A DNA stretch of 64,000 nt. Source: Mobula hypostoma (taxonomy: Eukaryota). The notes beneath the pieces are model-generated. The model saw only the letters and a list, made by a program, of their open reading frames with translations. It did no database searches and was not told where the DNA came from. Below are positions 37,242 to 50,618 of this stretch, piece after piece. The stretch lies in contig NC_086098.1 in the NCBI RefSeq assembly GCF_963921235.1, positions 5,208,001 through 5,272,000 on the forward strand. Reading direction: 5' to 3'. The number at the start of each line of letters is the position of its first letter. The stretch's first letter is position 1. A program made the position numbers and the translations under genes.

Positions 37242-37761
37242 TATTAGATTGATCTTATTGTTGTATGTTGTATACTAACAGATGAGTAGTATTAGTTTCA
37301 GTCATTCTAACACTATCACGTGTTTATCTATTGACCCTTTCAAGGTTCTACAATCAGTTTCTGCACTAAGTGATTATTCTGGACCACAATCCTGCACACT
37401 GTAGTCAGACCTGTTGATACGCAATCGCTGCCTACTTCGCAGCACTGTCTTTTGTACTTCCAATCACCAAATTTGCCTGCAAGGGCTCTGTCAACGTGTC
37501 TTATATCAGGGGAACTCTGTGGATCGGGAAGTAAACAGCAGTTCATCAGAAACTGCAAAACAAATCTTGGAAACCGTACCAGTGCAATTGGCCCTGCAGA
37601 AATACCATGTTTCAGATTCATTTATGTATCTCATGTACATGGAAACAGTGAAATGCGTCATTTGTGCTAAGAACCAACACACTAAAGTGTGTGCTGAGGG
37701 TAGTCACATATCATGCCCACAATACTCAGAAGAAGCAACAAAGCAACTTCCAGACTTCTGA

Positions 37762-38927
37762 TTGACAAAGGAGAGTCAGTGGATGCCATTTACTTAGATT
37801 CTCAGAGGCATTTGAGTCATACCTGGGGATGTTTAAAATCCTATGGCGTTACAGGAAAGATACTGGCACGGATAGAGGAATGGCTGACTGGGAGGAGGCA
37901 GCCAGTGGAAATAAAAGGGGCCTATTCTGATTGGCTGCCAATGACTAGTGGTGTCCCTCGGGGTCAGTATTGGGACTGCTAGTTTTCACATTGTCTGTCA
38001 ATGAACTGGATAATGGTATTAATGGCTTTTGGCACAGTTTGTGGATGATACTAAGTTAGGTGGAGGGGTAGGTAGTGCTGAGGAACAATGTGATTGCAGC
38101 AGGACTTGGACAAATTGGAAGAATGGGTAGAAAAGTGGCAGATTGAGTAGTGTTGGGAAATGTATGATAATGGTAAAAGAACAACAGTGTGGACGGTTAC
38201 CTACGTGGGGGGAAGGTTCAAACATCAGCAAGACTCCCGTAAGGTTAATTTACAGGTCGAGTCTGAGGTAAAGAAGGCAAATGCAATGTTGGCATTTATT
38301 TCAAGGAGAATAGAATATAAAACCAAAGGGATAATGCTGAGGCTTTCTAAGACTCTAGTCAGGCTGCTCTTGGAGTGTTGTTAACAGTTTTGGGCCCTGT
38401 ATCTCAGAAAGGAAGGGTTGTCATTGAAGAGAGTCCAGAGGAGGTTCACGAGAATGATTCCGGGAATGAAGAGGTTAACATGTGAGGGGTGTTTTGGTAG
38501 CTTTGGGACTGTACTCACTGGAATTTAGAAGAATGCATGGGAATCTCATTGAAACCTACTGAATGTTGAAAGGACTAGACAGGGTGGTTGTGGAGAGGAT
38601 GTTTCCTGTGGTAGGGGTATCCAGAACTAGAGGGCACAAACTCAAAATTGAGAGGTGACCTTTTAGAACAGAGGTATGGAGGAATTTTTTTTTAGACAAT
38701 GTAGTGAACTTTTTTTAGACAGTGTAGTGGAATGCTCTGCCACAGTCTGCGGTGGAGGCAAGTCTGTGCATATATTTAATGTGTAAGTTGATGCTTCCTG
38801 ATTGGTCAGGGCTTCAAAGGATATGGCGAGAAGGCAGATGTATGGGGTTGAGTGGGATCTGGGATCAGCCATGATGGAATGACAGAGCAGACCCGATGGG
38901 CTGAATGGCCTAATTGTGGTCTTATGG
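37762..38927 (+). mobile_element. Degenerate CR1 RT/3' end
   Basis: VDAIYLDSQ, TSGVP, KKANAMLAFISR remnants; ggtcttatgg tail. Confidence 0.75.
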
Positions 38928-39081
38928 ACCCTTGTCCTAGCTGATGATAAGATGCCAAACTCTCATCTTGCTGACTGCTCGACCAGACATCCAATCCCAG
39001 AACCAACAGACCCGACATCCATAGATGCCCTTCATTCCCAGGAGTGGAGGCCTGACCTCTAACTCTTTTACATCCCTTTTC

Positions 39082-40143
39082 CTGGATTCAGAATTGGCTT
39101 GTCTGCAGAAAGCAGAGGGTCGTGGTGGAGGGAGTACATTCGGATTGGAGGGTTATGACTAGTGGTGTCCCACAAGGATTGGCTCTGGGGCCTCTACTTT
39201 TCATGATTTTTATTAACGACCTGGATGTGGGGGTAGAAGGGTAGGCTGGCAAGTTTGCAGACGACACAAAGGTTGGTGGTGTTGTGGATAGTGTAGGGGA
39301 TTGTCGAAGATTGCACAGAGATATTGATAGGATACAGAAGTGGGTGGAGAAGTGGCAGATGGAGTTCAACCCGGAGAAGTGTGAGGTGGTACACTTTGGA
39401 AGGACAAACTCCAAGGCAGAGTACAAAGTAAATGGTAGGATACTTGGTAGTGTGGAGGAGCAGAGGGATCTGGGGGTACATGTCCACAGATCCCTGAAAG
39501 TTGCCTCACAGGTAGATAGGGTAGTTAAGAAAGCTTATGGAGTGTTAGCTTTCATAAGTCGAGGGATAGTGTTTAAGAGTCGCGGGGTAATGATGCAGCT
39601 CTATAAAACTCTGGTTAGGCCACACTTGGAGTACTGTGTCCAGTTCTGGTCGCCTCACTATAGGAAGGATATGGAAGCATTGGAAAGGGTACAGAGGAGA
39701 TTTATCAGGATGCTGCCTGGTTTAGAGAGTATGCAATATGATCAGAGATTAAGGGAACTCGGGCTTTACTCTTTGGAGAGGAGGAGGATGACAGGAGACA
39801 TGATGGAGGTGTACAAGATAATAAGAGGAATAGATAGAGTGGATAGCCAGCGCCTCTTCCCCAGGGCACCACTGCTCAATACAAAAGGACATGGCTTTAA
39901 GGTAAGGGGTGAGAAGTTCAAGGGGGATATTAGAGGAAGGTTCTTTACTCAGAGAGTGGTTGGTGTGTGGAATGCACTGCCTGAGTCAGTGGTAGAGGCA
40001 GATACACTAGTGAAATTTAAGAGACTACTAGACAGGTATATGGAGGAATTTAAGGTGGGGGGCTTATATGGGAGGCAGGGTTTAAGGGTCGGCACAACAT
40101 TGTGGGCTGAAGGGCCTGTACTGTGCTGTACTGTTCTATGTTT
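39082..40143 (+). mobile_element. 5'-truncated CR1 (third subfamily), RT C-terminal half largely open
   Basis: ORF 39284-40195 [29 protein letters not shown]; tail gtactgttctatgttt. Confidence 0.88.
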
Positions 40144-40482
40144 TACAACTCTACCTTCCCTCTATATCCCCACATCAGTGTTCCTTAAACCTTAACCTAA
40201 CCCTTAACTCCCCTCTGTCCCTAAAACCATCCCGATGAACTTCAAAACCATCTAGGTTTGAGTACGATCTCAGCATAGACCACAGCTTGACATCTTCTTG
40301 ACTGAAATGAGATTACCCAAGGTAGTCACATGGATTAGTCCTCAAAACTACTGGAGCTACATTGTCAAACTGCTTTGCAAGACAAGTTCTGCTTCTTTGA
40401 GTTTTTACACCAGGTGCGTCCCACATGGGTAATAAAGCCTTTTATTTTCAGCTTAAGGTGTAAAAATACATTTTAAAAATAC

Positions 40483-40592
40483 CTTTAATTGATATTTATG
40501 TGCAGCTTCCAGTATGGCTGGCACTAGATCGTCGGTGGGCTCGCCATTATCATCGGACAATCCAGGTGGATACCAGGACAGGGCCAACACAC
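40483..40592 (-). CDS. MANEAL: MANEAL second coding exon (110 nt)
   Basis: Read manually (not in ORF track): atgtag|GT GTG... (G)VLALSWYPPGLSDDNGEPTDDLVPAILEAAHKYQLK|gtattt; phase 1 to 0. Confidence 0.93.
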
Positions 40593-41584
40593 CTACATGG
40601 TTGCAGGGAACAGAATGGATACCCTTACCAGTACCGTTTTAATAGACACGGTGGGAGCTCTGCTAAATATACTGAAGAATATTAATGTAAACCAAATAAT
40701 TCTGTATTAGGTCAGTTCAGTTTATGAAACACTAATATTCCCATTAAGCACTTGCAGTTTAGAGAGCTGGAGGGGTAGAGGAGAGAGTAGTGTTGAGGGA
40801 AAGTGGGGTGGAAGGAAGATGGGGGTTCAAAGGAGACGAGGAGGAATGAAGGAGTAAAGGAGAGACTGAGAGACCATGGCTGAGATCAACTGCAAGCTTT
40901 TGTTAATGATACAATTGAATCACAAAACATATTGGCAAAGGTATTCATGAAAGACTCCATATCATGTACACAGCAAACAAGAACTCAATATATCTTTAAT
41001 AAAGCTAAAAAAAATCTTTGTCATTGTTATGAAACTTTCAACTCTGAACTCTTCCCCACGACTTGCACAATATAACTTTGATGTGAAGGATGTGTCAGGG
41101 AGCATGTATAACACCCATAGTATATGCATTCTGAGTGATAAGTGAACCAAACATTTAGCTAGTTTTGTAAACCCCCCTTTTCTGTAGTGCATTACATGGA
41201 CACAGTTTGGACTGATTTCTCTGATGTGCACCTCCACCCTCATTCCCTGTAAAGATTAAAGATTAAATCTATTTGTCACATGTCAGAAGCCACAGGGTTA
41301 ATCAACCATCTGTTGGCCCAGGATAGAGAACACTTGTGAGCTGCAGCTGGCGGCCTATGCCAAGTAGGAGTGATGGGTTTAAGAAAAATTTGTCACATGT
41401 ACTTGGAAGCACATAGTGGAATATGTCTTGAGACTTCCGGTAGCGCTCATGGAGTGAAGTCGCGTTCTTGACTCGCTCCATTACCTCTGAGTTTTTTTTC
41501 TCTATGGTCAGCTATACTTTAATTAACCATTAAGGCATCAACTCTTACAATACTTTGAATTAAACTGAATTCTCCGACAACTGG

Positions 41585-42484
41585 ATGGAACTTAGATCTG
41601 CTATGTCTAAGAACGAGAAAGACGGCAAGGATGGTAAACCTCCGGTTAAACCGAAAGCTACGGATCTCCCTCCGACTGAATCACCGGTGACTTTGAAAGC
41701 GATATCGGAGTTAATTCAGAGGGAAATCTCAACCTCTGTTAGGGAGATGATTCGTGCGGAAATTGCAGGCCCTGTTAAAGACCTGATTCATACGGAAATC
41801 TCAACTAATTTCCAGAAAATTGCCGCTTTAATTGATAAGATGCAAACATGTATTGCGGAACATCAGTCGGCTATATCTGATCTTCAAAAATTTGCGCAAC
41901 AAAGTGAGCTTAAGATGGGGAAAATCGAAGAAACAATTAATGTAATGAAGAAGAAACTTGACTTTTTGACTTTTAAAAACTCTGACTTGGAATCTAGAAT
42001 GCGACGGCAGAATTTACGAATGATTGGCGTGAGGGAAGCCGCTGAAGGTAACAACCCCATGAAATATTTCTCCCAACTTTTAAAAGATGCATTCCCTACT
42101 GTATTTCCTGACCAACCACCGCTACTGGATCGTGTTCACAGAATCCCATCATACTCGTCTAGGTCAGATAGACCTAGGCATGTTATCTTACGTTTTCATT
42201 ACTTTCAAGACAAGGAGAGACTGTTTCGATTCGCTCGATCTAAAGGTTTCATTGATTTTTCGGATCTTAAGTTCCGATTCGTGGAAGATTTCAGTAAACC
42301 AATCTGGGACCAACGGGTCCGTTACAGATCCGTGATGTCGGAATTCTATAAGATGGATTTAAGACCAGCGCTGCTGTACCCTGCACGTCTAAGGATTCGC
42401 ATGGCAGATGGAGCCCTTCGTTTTTTTGATTCTCCATCGGATGCCCAGAGTTATCTGGATCAACTCTCATCTCCAACATCTTAA
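41585..42484 (+). CDS. L1 ORF1p (299 aa; coiled coil, RRM and CTD)
   Basis: DLESRMRRQNLRMIGVRE, LDRVHRI..PRHVILRFH, EDFSK, LLYPARLRI. Confidence 0.9.
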   Translation: MELRSAMSKNEKDGKDGKPPVKPKATDLPPTESPVTLKAISELIQREISTSVREMIRAEIAGPVKDLIHTEISTNFQKIAALIDKMQTCIAEHQSAISDLQKFAQQSELKMGKIEETINVMKKKLDFLTFKNSDLESRMRRQNLRMIGVREAAEGNNPMKYFSQLLKDAFPTVFPDQPPLLDRVHRIPSYSSRSDRPRHVILRFHYFQDKERLFRFARSKGFIDFSDLKFRFVEDFSKPIWDQRVRYRSVMSEFYKMDLRPALLYPARLRIRMADGALRFFDSPSDAQSYLDQLSSPTS

Positions 42485-43206
42485 TTGCTTTCTTTTTAAT
42501 TTTCTCCGTCGATCGGAGGCTGTGAATTGGTTGGTTTTAACTTTTCTGTGCCCTATTTGGGCAGAAAAGTTTACTTTCGATTTCTTAATATGGCTACTAA
42601 ACTTTCTTTTTAACTGCGTCATTTCTTTCTTTTCCCAGGGGATTCTGGGTGGTTACTTCCCTTTTGTCATCTTACGTATTTCCTGTGCGGCCTTAAATTT
42701 TGTAGTTTTTGTTTAAATTTTATTCTGTTTTGCTTTCTATAATCACTTTATGTTAATAATCCTATTTTTTTTTGTTGCTGTGTCTATTCATGAGTTTGAG
42801 GTTTATTGTGGTTTTTTTTAATATATATTTTCCGGCTTTTGTTCTGTTCTGTGTGTATTCTAATTGAGTTAACTTTTTTTTACTTATTTTTTTACTGTTT
42901 TACAATTAGCTGATCCTTTTCATATTTATACCTTTTTTTTAGGGAGCGTATACCGGAAGTCATGGGGGTAGTTTTAGCGCTTGCTTCTTTCTGGCGGGTC
43001 TGCTTTAGATTTTGCCTTGGGGTCTTGGGCTGGGGGGTGGCGGGAGGGGCTTCACGTTTTAGTTTGTTTTTCTTTGGGCTATATACATTATTGAAGTACT
43101 GGTTGCGTCCTTTTCCCCGGTATCTTTTGTATGTTCTGTTTCCTCTCCGGGTTTGTGGGTCGTGCCTATTGTCAATCCTCCTTGTCGTGGGTTGACTTTA
43201 GGATTT

Positions 43207-46200
43207 ATGGAGTCTATTATTAATTTTGTCTCCTGGAATACTAATGGTCTTAATCATCCTATTAAAAGAAAAAAAGTTTTTAAAGTGTTCCGGAGACTTA
43301 AAGCACAAATTTTATTTTTACAAGAGACCCATGTACGGAGGGGGGACAGACTACGTTTTTTCAAATTCTGGAAGGGACAACAATTTCATTCGAACTCCAA
43401 TGCTAAGATTCGAGGCGTCTCTATTTTTATAGATTCCTCAGTTACTTTTATACAACAGGATATTATCTCTGATCCGAATGGTAGATTTTTATTGGTTAGT
43501 GGTTTACTATTTAATAAAAAAGTAGTTTTGGTTAATGTTTATGCTCCTAATATGGATTGTCCGGAATTTTATAAATCATTGTTTGATCAGTTTCCGAATT
43601 TGAACGAGTTTTCATTGATTTGGGGCGGAGATCTTAATACCTGTTTATCTCCAGCTTTGGACCGTTCGGCTCCTTTACGGACTTTACCTAATAAATCTGC
43701 AAATTTGATTAATTTTTTCCTTTCTGATTCTGGGTCGACGGATATTTGGCGTTTTCTGCATCCTCAGGAAAAAGATTTTTCCTTTTTTTCACATGTTCAT
43801 CATTCCTATTCAAGAATTGATTATTTTTTTATTGATTCTCGTCTCATTCCTTCAGTGATTAAATGTGATTATGATTCTATAACCATTTCGGATCATGCTC
43901 CACTTAAGCTTTCTATTAAAATTATGGCCAATATACCAAACAATAGACAATGGCGTTTTAATTCGCTGTTGCTTCAGGACTCGGACTTTGTTAATTTTAC
44001 GAATGAACAGATTGAGCTTTTTTTTATAATTAACCATACAGAAGATATTTCGGTTAACACTCCTTGGGACACTTTTAAAGCCTATATTCGGGGTCAGATT
44101 ATTTCGTATTCCGTTGCTTTGAGGAAGAAACAGAAGCAGGAGGAGATGGCAATTGTGGACAAGATTAAAGAAATTGATAAGAAATATGTTATGGCTCCTT
44201 CTGAGGAGCTATACAAACAAAGAACTGAACTTCAAATGGAACACAGTTTACTACTCTCGTCCTTGATTGTAAACCAATTAAAGAAAACAAGAAGTGATTT
44301 TTATGTTCACAGTGATAAAATTGGCAAGCTGCTGGCTAATCAATTGAAATCTAATTATGTTAAATCTCAAATCAATCAGATTTATAACCAAAATGATCGA
44401 TTGATATTGGATCATGTGGGGATTAATCAAACCTTTTGTGATTTTTATTCTTCTTTATATCAATCAGAGTCTCCTCGAGATTCTAAATATATGAATGATT
44501 TTTTAGATAAGTTAAGACTTTCCTCAGATTTCACAGGATATGTCTTCTTTATTAGATACTTCCATTACAATGGATGAGATTAAGAATGTTATTTTTTCTA
44601 TGAATCTGGGGAAAGCTCCTGGCCCTGATGGGTTTACCGTTGAATTTTATAAATGTTTTGCTTCTTTATTGATTCCTTGGCTCTATAAGGTTTTTGAGGC
44701 TTCTTTGAAACTTGGTAAACTTCCGGAATCTTTTAATAGAGCATCAATTTCTTTAATACTAAAGAAGGATAAAGACCCTGCTCAATGTGCATCTTATAGA
44801 CCAATATCTTTATTAAATGTTGATTCTAAAGTTTTTTCTAAGTTATTAGCAAATAGACTAGAAAAAGTACTTCCTTCTATTATTTCGGAAGACCAAACGG
44901 GTTTTATTAAAGGTCGTTACTCTTTTTATAATATTCGTACATTGTTAAATATCGTTTATACTCCCTCACAAAATGTTCCTGAGTGTGTTATTTCTTTAGA
45001 TGCCGAGAAAGCTTTTGATAGAGTAGAATGGCCTTATTTATTTAAGGTGCTTGAAATGTTTAATTTTAGCCTGAAATTTATATCCTGGATTAAACTGTTA
45101 TATCACTCCCCTGTAGCCTCGGTTCGTACTAACTCTTTAAACTCACCTTTTTTTCCTCTCTTTCGTGGTACTCGACAAGGCTGTCCTCTTAGTCCCCTAT
45201 TATTTGATATTGCATTAGAACCTCTTGCAATTGCTATTCGAGAATCTTCAAATATTACTGGGATAACTCGGGGATTAAAGTCCCATAAATTATCACTCTA
45301 TGCTGATGATTTACTTTTATATATTTCCAATCCTGAGAGATCTATTCCTGCTGTTTTAGAGTTATTAGCACAATTTGGTCTTTTCTCAGGTTATAAATTA
45401 AATCTTAGTAAGAGTGAACTTTTTCCGATTAATAAACATCTTCCCTTATATTATAAATTTCCATTTAAATTGATTAATAATTACCTTTCATATCTTGGGA
45501 TTAAAATTACTTGTAAACATAAAGATTTATTTAAGACTAACTTTTTACCATTAATAGACCATATTACTCAACTTTCATCTAAATGGTTTCCTTTATATTT
45601 AACTTTGATTGGTCGTATTAATGCAGTTAAGATGTTTTTTTTGCCAAAATTTTTATATGTGTTTCAGGCATTACCAATTTTCGTTCCTAAATCTTTTTTT
45701 GATAAAGTCGACTCTAAAATTTCTTCATTTATTTGGCAGAATAAGAATCCGAGACTGGGTAAAATACATTTACAGAAAGCTAAGAGAGATGGAGGTTTAG
45801 CATTACCTAACTTTAGATTTTATTATTGGGCTATTAATATTCGACATATGAAATTTTGGTTACTTGACCGGGATATACTATCTATTCCTAAATGGGTAGC
45901 ATTGGAATTACAATCTGTTCAGGGTTATACACTTGGTTCTATTTTAGGTTCATCTCTTCCTTTTGATTCGAAACGCCTTAAGCAGGTCTCTAACCCGATC
46001 GTTAAATATGCTTTGCGTATTTGGTTTCAATTCAGAAAATTTTTTGATCTTAATCAATTCGGGTTAGCGATTCCTATTTTAGGTAACATATTTTTTCCTC
46101 CCTCTTTTACGGATCGCGCTTTTCAAACTTGGAAGACTAAGGGTATTTTACGGTTTTTGGATTTATTTTTAGATGGTTCCCTTATGTCTTTTGAACAATT

Positions 46201-46984
46201 ATCTAATAAATATAACCTATCAAGAATACATTTTTTTAGATATTTACAAGTTAGAAATTTTCTAAGTACTATACTTCCTTCCTTTCCAATGCTTCCTCCT
46301 ATATATATTTTAGATTCGATAATTAACCTTAATCCATGTCAGAAAGGTGCATCGGCTATGATTTATAATATTATTATGAAACTCAGGAAAGCTCCATTTG
46401 ATAAGATTAGGGTAGATTGGGAACAGGAATTGGGGCTTACCATTTCTGTGGATGATTGGGGGCAGATTTTACAATTAGTTAATACTTCCTCTATTTGTGC
46501 TAAACATTCCCTAATTCAATTTAAAGTGGTGCATAGAGCACATATGTCCAAAGATAAGTTAGCGCGTTTTTACTCGCATATTAATCCTTTTTGTGACAGA
46601 TGCTCGGGGCAGATAGCCTCTTTAATTCATATGTTTTGGTCTTGCCCTACTTTGGAAACTTTTTGGAGAGATATTTTCAATATTATTTCTAAGGTATTAA
46701 ATATAGATATCTCTCCTCACCCTATTACTGCTATCTTTGGACTACCTAAAATTTCTAGTAATCTTTCCCCTTCAGCCCGTAGAATGATTGCATTTCTTAC
46801 TTTAATGGCGAAAAGATGTATTTTACAACATTGGAAAGAGCTTAATGCTCCAACTACCTTTTTTTGGTTCTCTCAGACGATTTTATGTTTGAATCTGGAG
46901 AAAATTAGAAGTAACCTTTATGATTCTTCATTTAAATTTGAACAGATTTGGGGACCTTTTATTCGATATTTTCATTTAATGTAA
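43207..46984 (+). CDS. L1 ORF2p (APE, RT, C-terminal CCHC) with a single +1 frameshift at about 44514
   Basis: SWNTNGL, LQETH, GGDLN, SRIDY, SDH; GKAPGPDG, YRPISLLN, LDAEKAFD, GTRQGCPLSP, YADD, CDRC..HMFWSC; deleting one A in ttaagac gives a 1258-aa ORF. Confidence 0.88.
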
Positions 46985-47389
46985 TATTTACCCTTCTTGT
47001 TTTTTTTTCACTGTTTTAATGGAGGTCGGGATTGAGGACGTGATTTTAAGGTTAACTCTGTTTGGTTTCAAGTTAGCCCATTGCTTTGCTTTGCTTTTAG
47101 TTAGTTGCACGGTGGGTTTTTTTTTGGGGTTTTTTTTTTCTTTTTTTCCATTGATATATATAAAATCTTGTATACTATTATGTTATCTTGGTTTCTTATG
47201 CTTAAATTACATTGTTTGTAGTATTTTCTTTTTGGTATTGTTATCTTTTGGAATTTTATTATACTTTAACATTGTATTAATGTTTATATGGCTTACCTTT
47301 TTTGTATACTTACTCAATAAAAAGATTTAAAAAGAAAGAAAGGAATATGTCTTTATGGTCAACAACTAACACAGTCCGAGGATGTGACA

Positions 47390-47665
47390 AATCACAAACA
47401 CAAGGAAATCTGCAGGCACTGGAAATCGAAAGTAACACACACAAAATGCTGGAGGAACTTAGCAGGTTAGGCAGAATCTATGGCAATTAATACCCAGTCA
47501 ACGTTTTGGGCCGACACTCTTCAGCAGGACTGGAAACTATGGGGGAAGACGCCAGAATGAAAAGATGGGGTGAGGGGAAGGAGGATAGCTACGTGACAGG
47601 TGAAGCCAGGTGGGTATGAAATATAAAGGGCTGGGGAGGAAGGAATCCGAAGATCTGCTGCGGAT
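47390..47665 (-). mobile_element. Penelope-like terminal fragment with decayed hammerhead motif (47495-47532)
   Basis: cagtc-CTGCTGA-agagtgtcggccc-AAAACGTT-gactg. Confidence 0.65.
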
Positions 47666-47679
47666 AGCCTGCAGGTGTC

Positions 47680-47870
47680 ACCATGTTTCTAATGCAGCAT
47701 GCCCACAAGTTACTAACCCAAATCCATACGCCTTCAGAATGTAGGAAGAAACTGGAACATACAGAGGAAACCCACACAGTCATGGGGAGAACAGACAAAC
47801 TCCTTACAGACAGTGGCAGGAATTGAATTCCCATCACCAGTGCTGTAAAGTATTGTACTAACCGTTATGC
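47680..47870 (-). mobile_element. V-SINE/HE1-like SINE
   Basis: gaagaaactggaacatacagaggaaacccacacagtcatggggagaacagacaaactcc. Confidence 0.65.
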
Positions 47871-47944
47871 TAGAATGTGGCTTCACTATCACAATATCGC
47901 ACAGCTACAGGTTGTAGAGATAGTTGCCAATCTTTTCCCTCAAA

Positions 47945-49890
47945 ATGATTCCAGGATCGCACTGCATGTCATTTGAAGAACGTTTGGTGGCTCTGGTCCT
48001 ATATTCACTAGATTTCAGAAGATTGAGGGGTGACCTCATTGAAATCTATCAAGTAGTGAAAGGTCTTGATAGAATGGATGTAGAGACGATGTTTCCTATG
48101 ATGGGAGGTAGTGAAAGGGGGATTGAACATCGATTTCTTAAAATTCCACTAAAGCCTCCATCCTCCTTCACCATTTCCTACTGTATAACCATATAACAAT
48201 TACAGCACGGAAACAGGCCATCTCAGCCTTTCTAGTCTGTGCCGGACTCTTACTCTCACCTAGTCCCACCGACCTGCACTCAGCCCATAACCCTCCATTC
48301 CTTTCCTCTCCATATAGCTGTCCAGTTTAACTTTAAATGACAACATTGAACCTGCCTCAACCACTTCTGCTGGAAGCTCGTTCCACACAGCTATCACTCT
48401 CTGAGTAAAGAAGTTCCCCCTCATGTTACCCCTAAACTTTTGTCCTCTAACTCTCATCTCAAATACTGTAATTGGTATACTTATTTATTTTTTTTCTTCT
48501 TCTAGATTATGTATTCCATTGAACTGCTGCTGCTAAGTTGACAAGTTTCACGTCACATGCCAGTGATAATAAACCTGATTCTGATGGGGAAATTGAGTTG
48601 CCAGTGACAATACTCTCTGGAAATCAGAAAAATGAGAGGGGATCTCATAAAAAAAACATTTAAAATTATGAAAGAGATTGATAAGAGAGTCTGGGACCTT
48701 ATTTCCACTGGTAAGCAAGAATATAACTAGTGGACATAGCCTCAAGATATAGGGGAATAGGTTTAGATCAGAGATGAGGAGAAACTGCTTTTCCCTGTGA
48801 GGAATTCTGTGCCTGGGGAAGCAATGGAGGCCAGCTCATTAAATATAATTAAAACACAGTTAAGTAGATTTCTTGCATAGCAGGTGAATTAAGGGTTATG
48901 GTGAAAAGGTAGGTAGGTGGAGCTGGCCACAGCCAAATCAGACAACCTTATTGAATGGAAGAGCAGGTCTGATGGGTCAAGATGGCCGACTCCTGTTCCT
49001 ATTTCTTTTGTTCTTACAGTATGTCCACAGAAAACATTCTGTCTGAATACATAACAGCTATCTGACCACAAGAAACTGCTGAGAGTTGTGGCCACAGCTT
49101 ACAGGAACCTGCCTTGCCCTCTATGCACTCTGTCTATACTTCTTGCTACCTCAGGAAGCAGTCAGCATAATCAAAATCTCCACTCACCCATCTCCCATCG
49201 GGCAGAAATACAAAACCCTGAAAGCACATACCACCAAACTCGAGGACAGCTTCTATCCCACTGTTACCAGATTCATGTACGATAAAGTGAACCCTTGGCC
49301 TTACAATCAACCTCGTTATGATCTTTCACTTTACCATTTACCTACACGCCACTCTTTTGGTAGCTTTTACACTTTACTCTTTTACAGCTATATAGGACCC
49401 TGGTCAGACCCCACTTGGAGCACTGTGCTCAGTTCTGGTCACCTCACTACAGGAAGAATGTGGAAACTATAGAAAGGGTGCAGAGGAGATTTACAAGGAT
49501 GTTGCTTGGATTGGAGGGCGTACCCTATGAGAATAGGTTGAGTGTACTTGACCTTTTCTCCTCGGAGGATGAGAGGTGACCTGATACAGGTGTATAAGAT
49601 GTTGAGGAGGATTGATCGTGTGGGTAGTCAGAAGGTTTCTCCCAGGGCTGAAATGGTTAACACGAGGGGGCATAGTTTTAAGGTGCTTGGAAATAGCTAA
49701 CGAGGGGATGTCAGGGGTAAGTTTTTCACACAGAGAGTGGTGGGTGCGTGGAATGCACAGGACCCTCTTAGATAGATACATGGAGTTTAGAAAAATAGAG
49801 GACAATGTACTAGGGAAATTCTGGGCAGTTTCAAGAGTAGGTTGTGGGCCGAAGGGCCTGCAATGTGCTGTAAATTTCTATGTTCTATGT
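47945..49890. mobile_element. Cluster of short CR1 3' fragments (47945-48110 +, 48185-48457 -, 48620-49015 +, 49385-49890 +) and Rex-like pieces
   Basis: LYSLDFRRLRGDLIE, FFTQRVIAVWNELP, tttctatgttctatg tails. Confidence 0.65.
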
Positions 49891-50618
49891 ACTCTGCACT
49901 GGGTAACGATTTGACACTGTACATGTGACAATAATAAATCAATCCCAACACCACTGCACCTTCACTGTAACCATAACAACATGCTCTGCATTCTGTTATT
50001 GCTTTTCCCTTGTACACCATGGTTAAAAGACTATTAAGTAGTTCCCTAGTACAGTAAGTTGGATTCTTGACTTCACAATCTACCTCATTGTGAACTTGCA
50101 CCTTATTGTTTACCTGTGCCTGCACCTGTAGCTTTTACACTTTACTCTGCATTCTGTTATTGTTTTACTTTGTTCTACCTCAATGCACTGTGTAATGATT
50201 TGATCTGTATAAACAGTATGCAAGACAAGCTTTTCACTTTATCTTGGTACATTTAACAATAATAAACCAATTCCAATGTTCTAAAGTACAGAGATATTTG
50301 TTTTGTAATTACCTAGTTTTCTTGTGCTTAAGTACCAATTTCAATAGTTGGGCCATGCATAAAAATGTCAGAGCAACTTCTGCCATTTTTCAATTACTTT
50401 TCACTTAATAGGGTTTTGCCTGCAGGCTGGTCAACAGTGTTCAAAGCACAACAAATATGAATCTTTCTAGTAAGCTGTCTTTTCTCACAATACGAGCAAC
50501 ATTTTACCTGCCAGCTATTCAAAAAGGCAAGTGTGGGGAAAGAGAACTGATAGTTACTTTAAATTAAAGATATATACATCAACAAATTGCTCAACTTTAA
50601 CGATAAGAGTTACATTAC

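Larger units (their letters stand above)
41430..47341 (+). mobile_element. Full-length L1-clade LINE (5912 bp), antisense in the MANEAL intron
   Basis: 12-bp TSD ggaatatgtctt 41418-41429/47342-47353; 5'UTR, ORF1, 722-nt spacer, ORF2, AATAAA plus aaaaagaaagaaa tail. Confidence 0.95.

Noticed and set aside
37340..37761. Overlapping short ORFs and a possible cryptic exon in non-repetitive-looking sequence
   Set aside because: No recognisable protein similarity and no well-supported donor; cannot be supported from sequence alone
50554..50618. Read-through NVTLIVK... after AAIG
   Set aside because: Intronic; a canonical donor at 50618 joins the 40592 exon in phase
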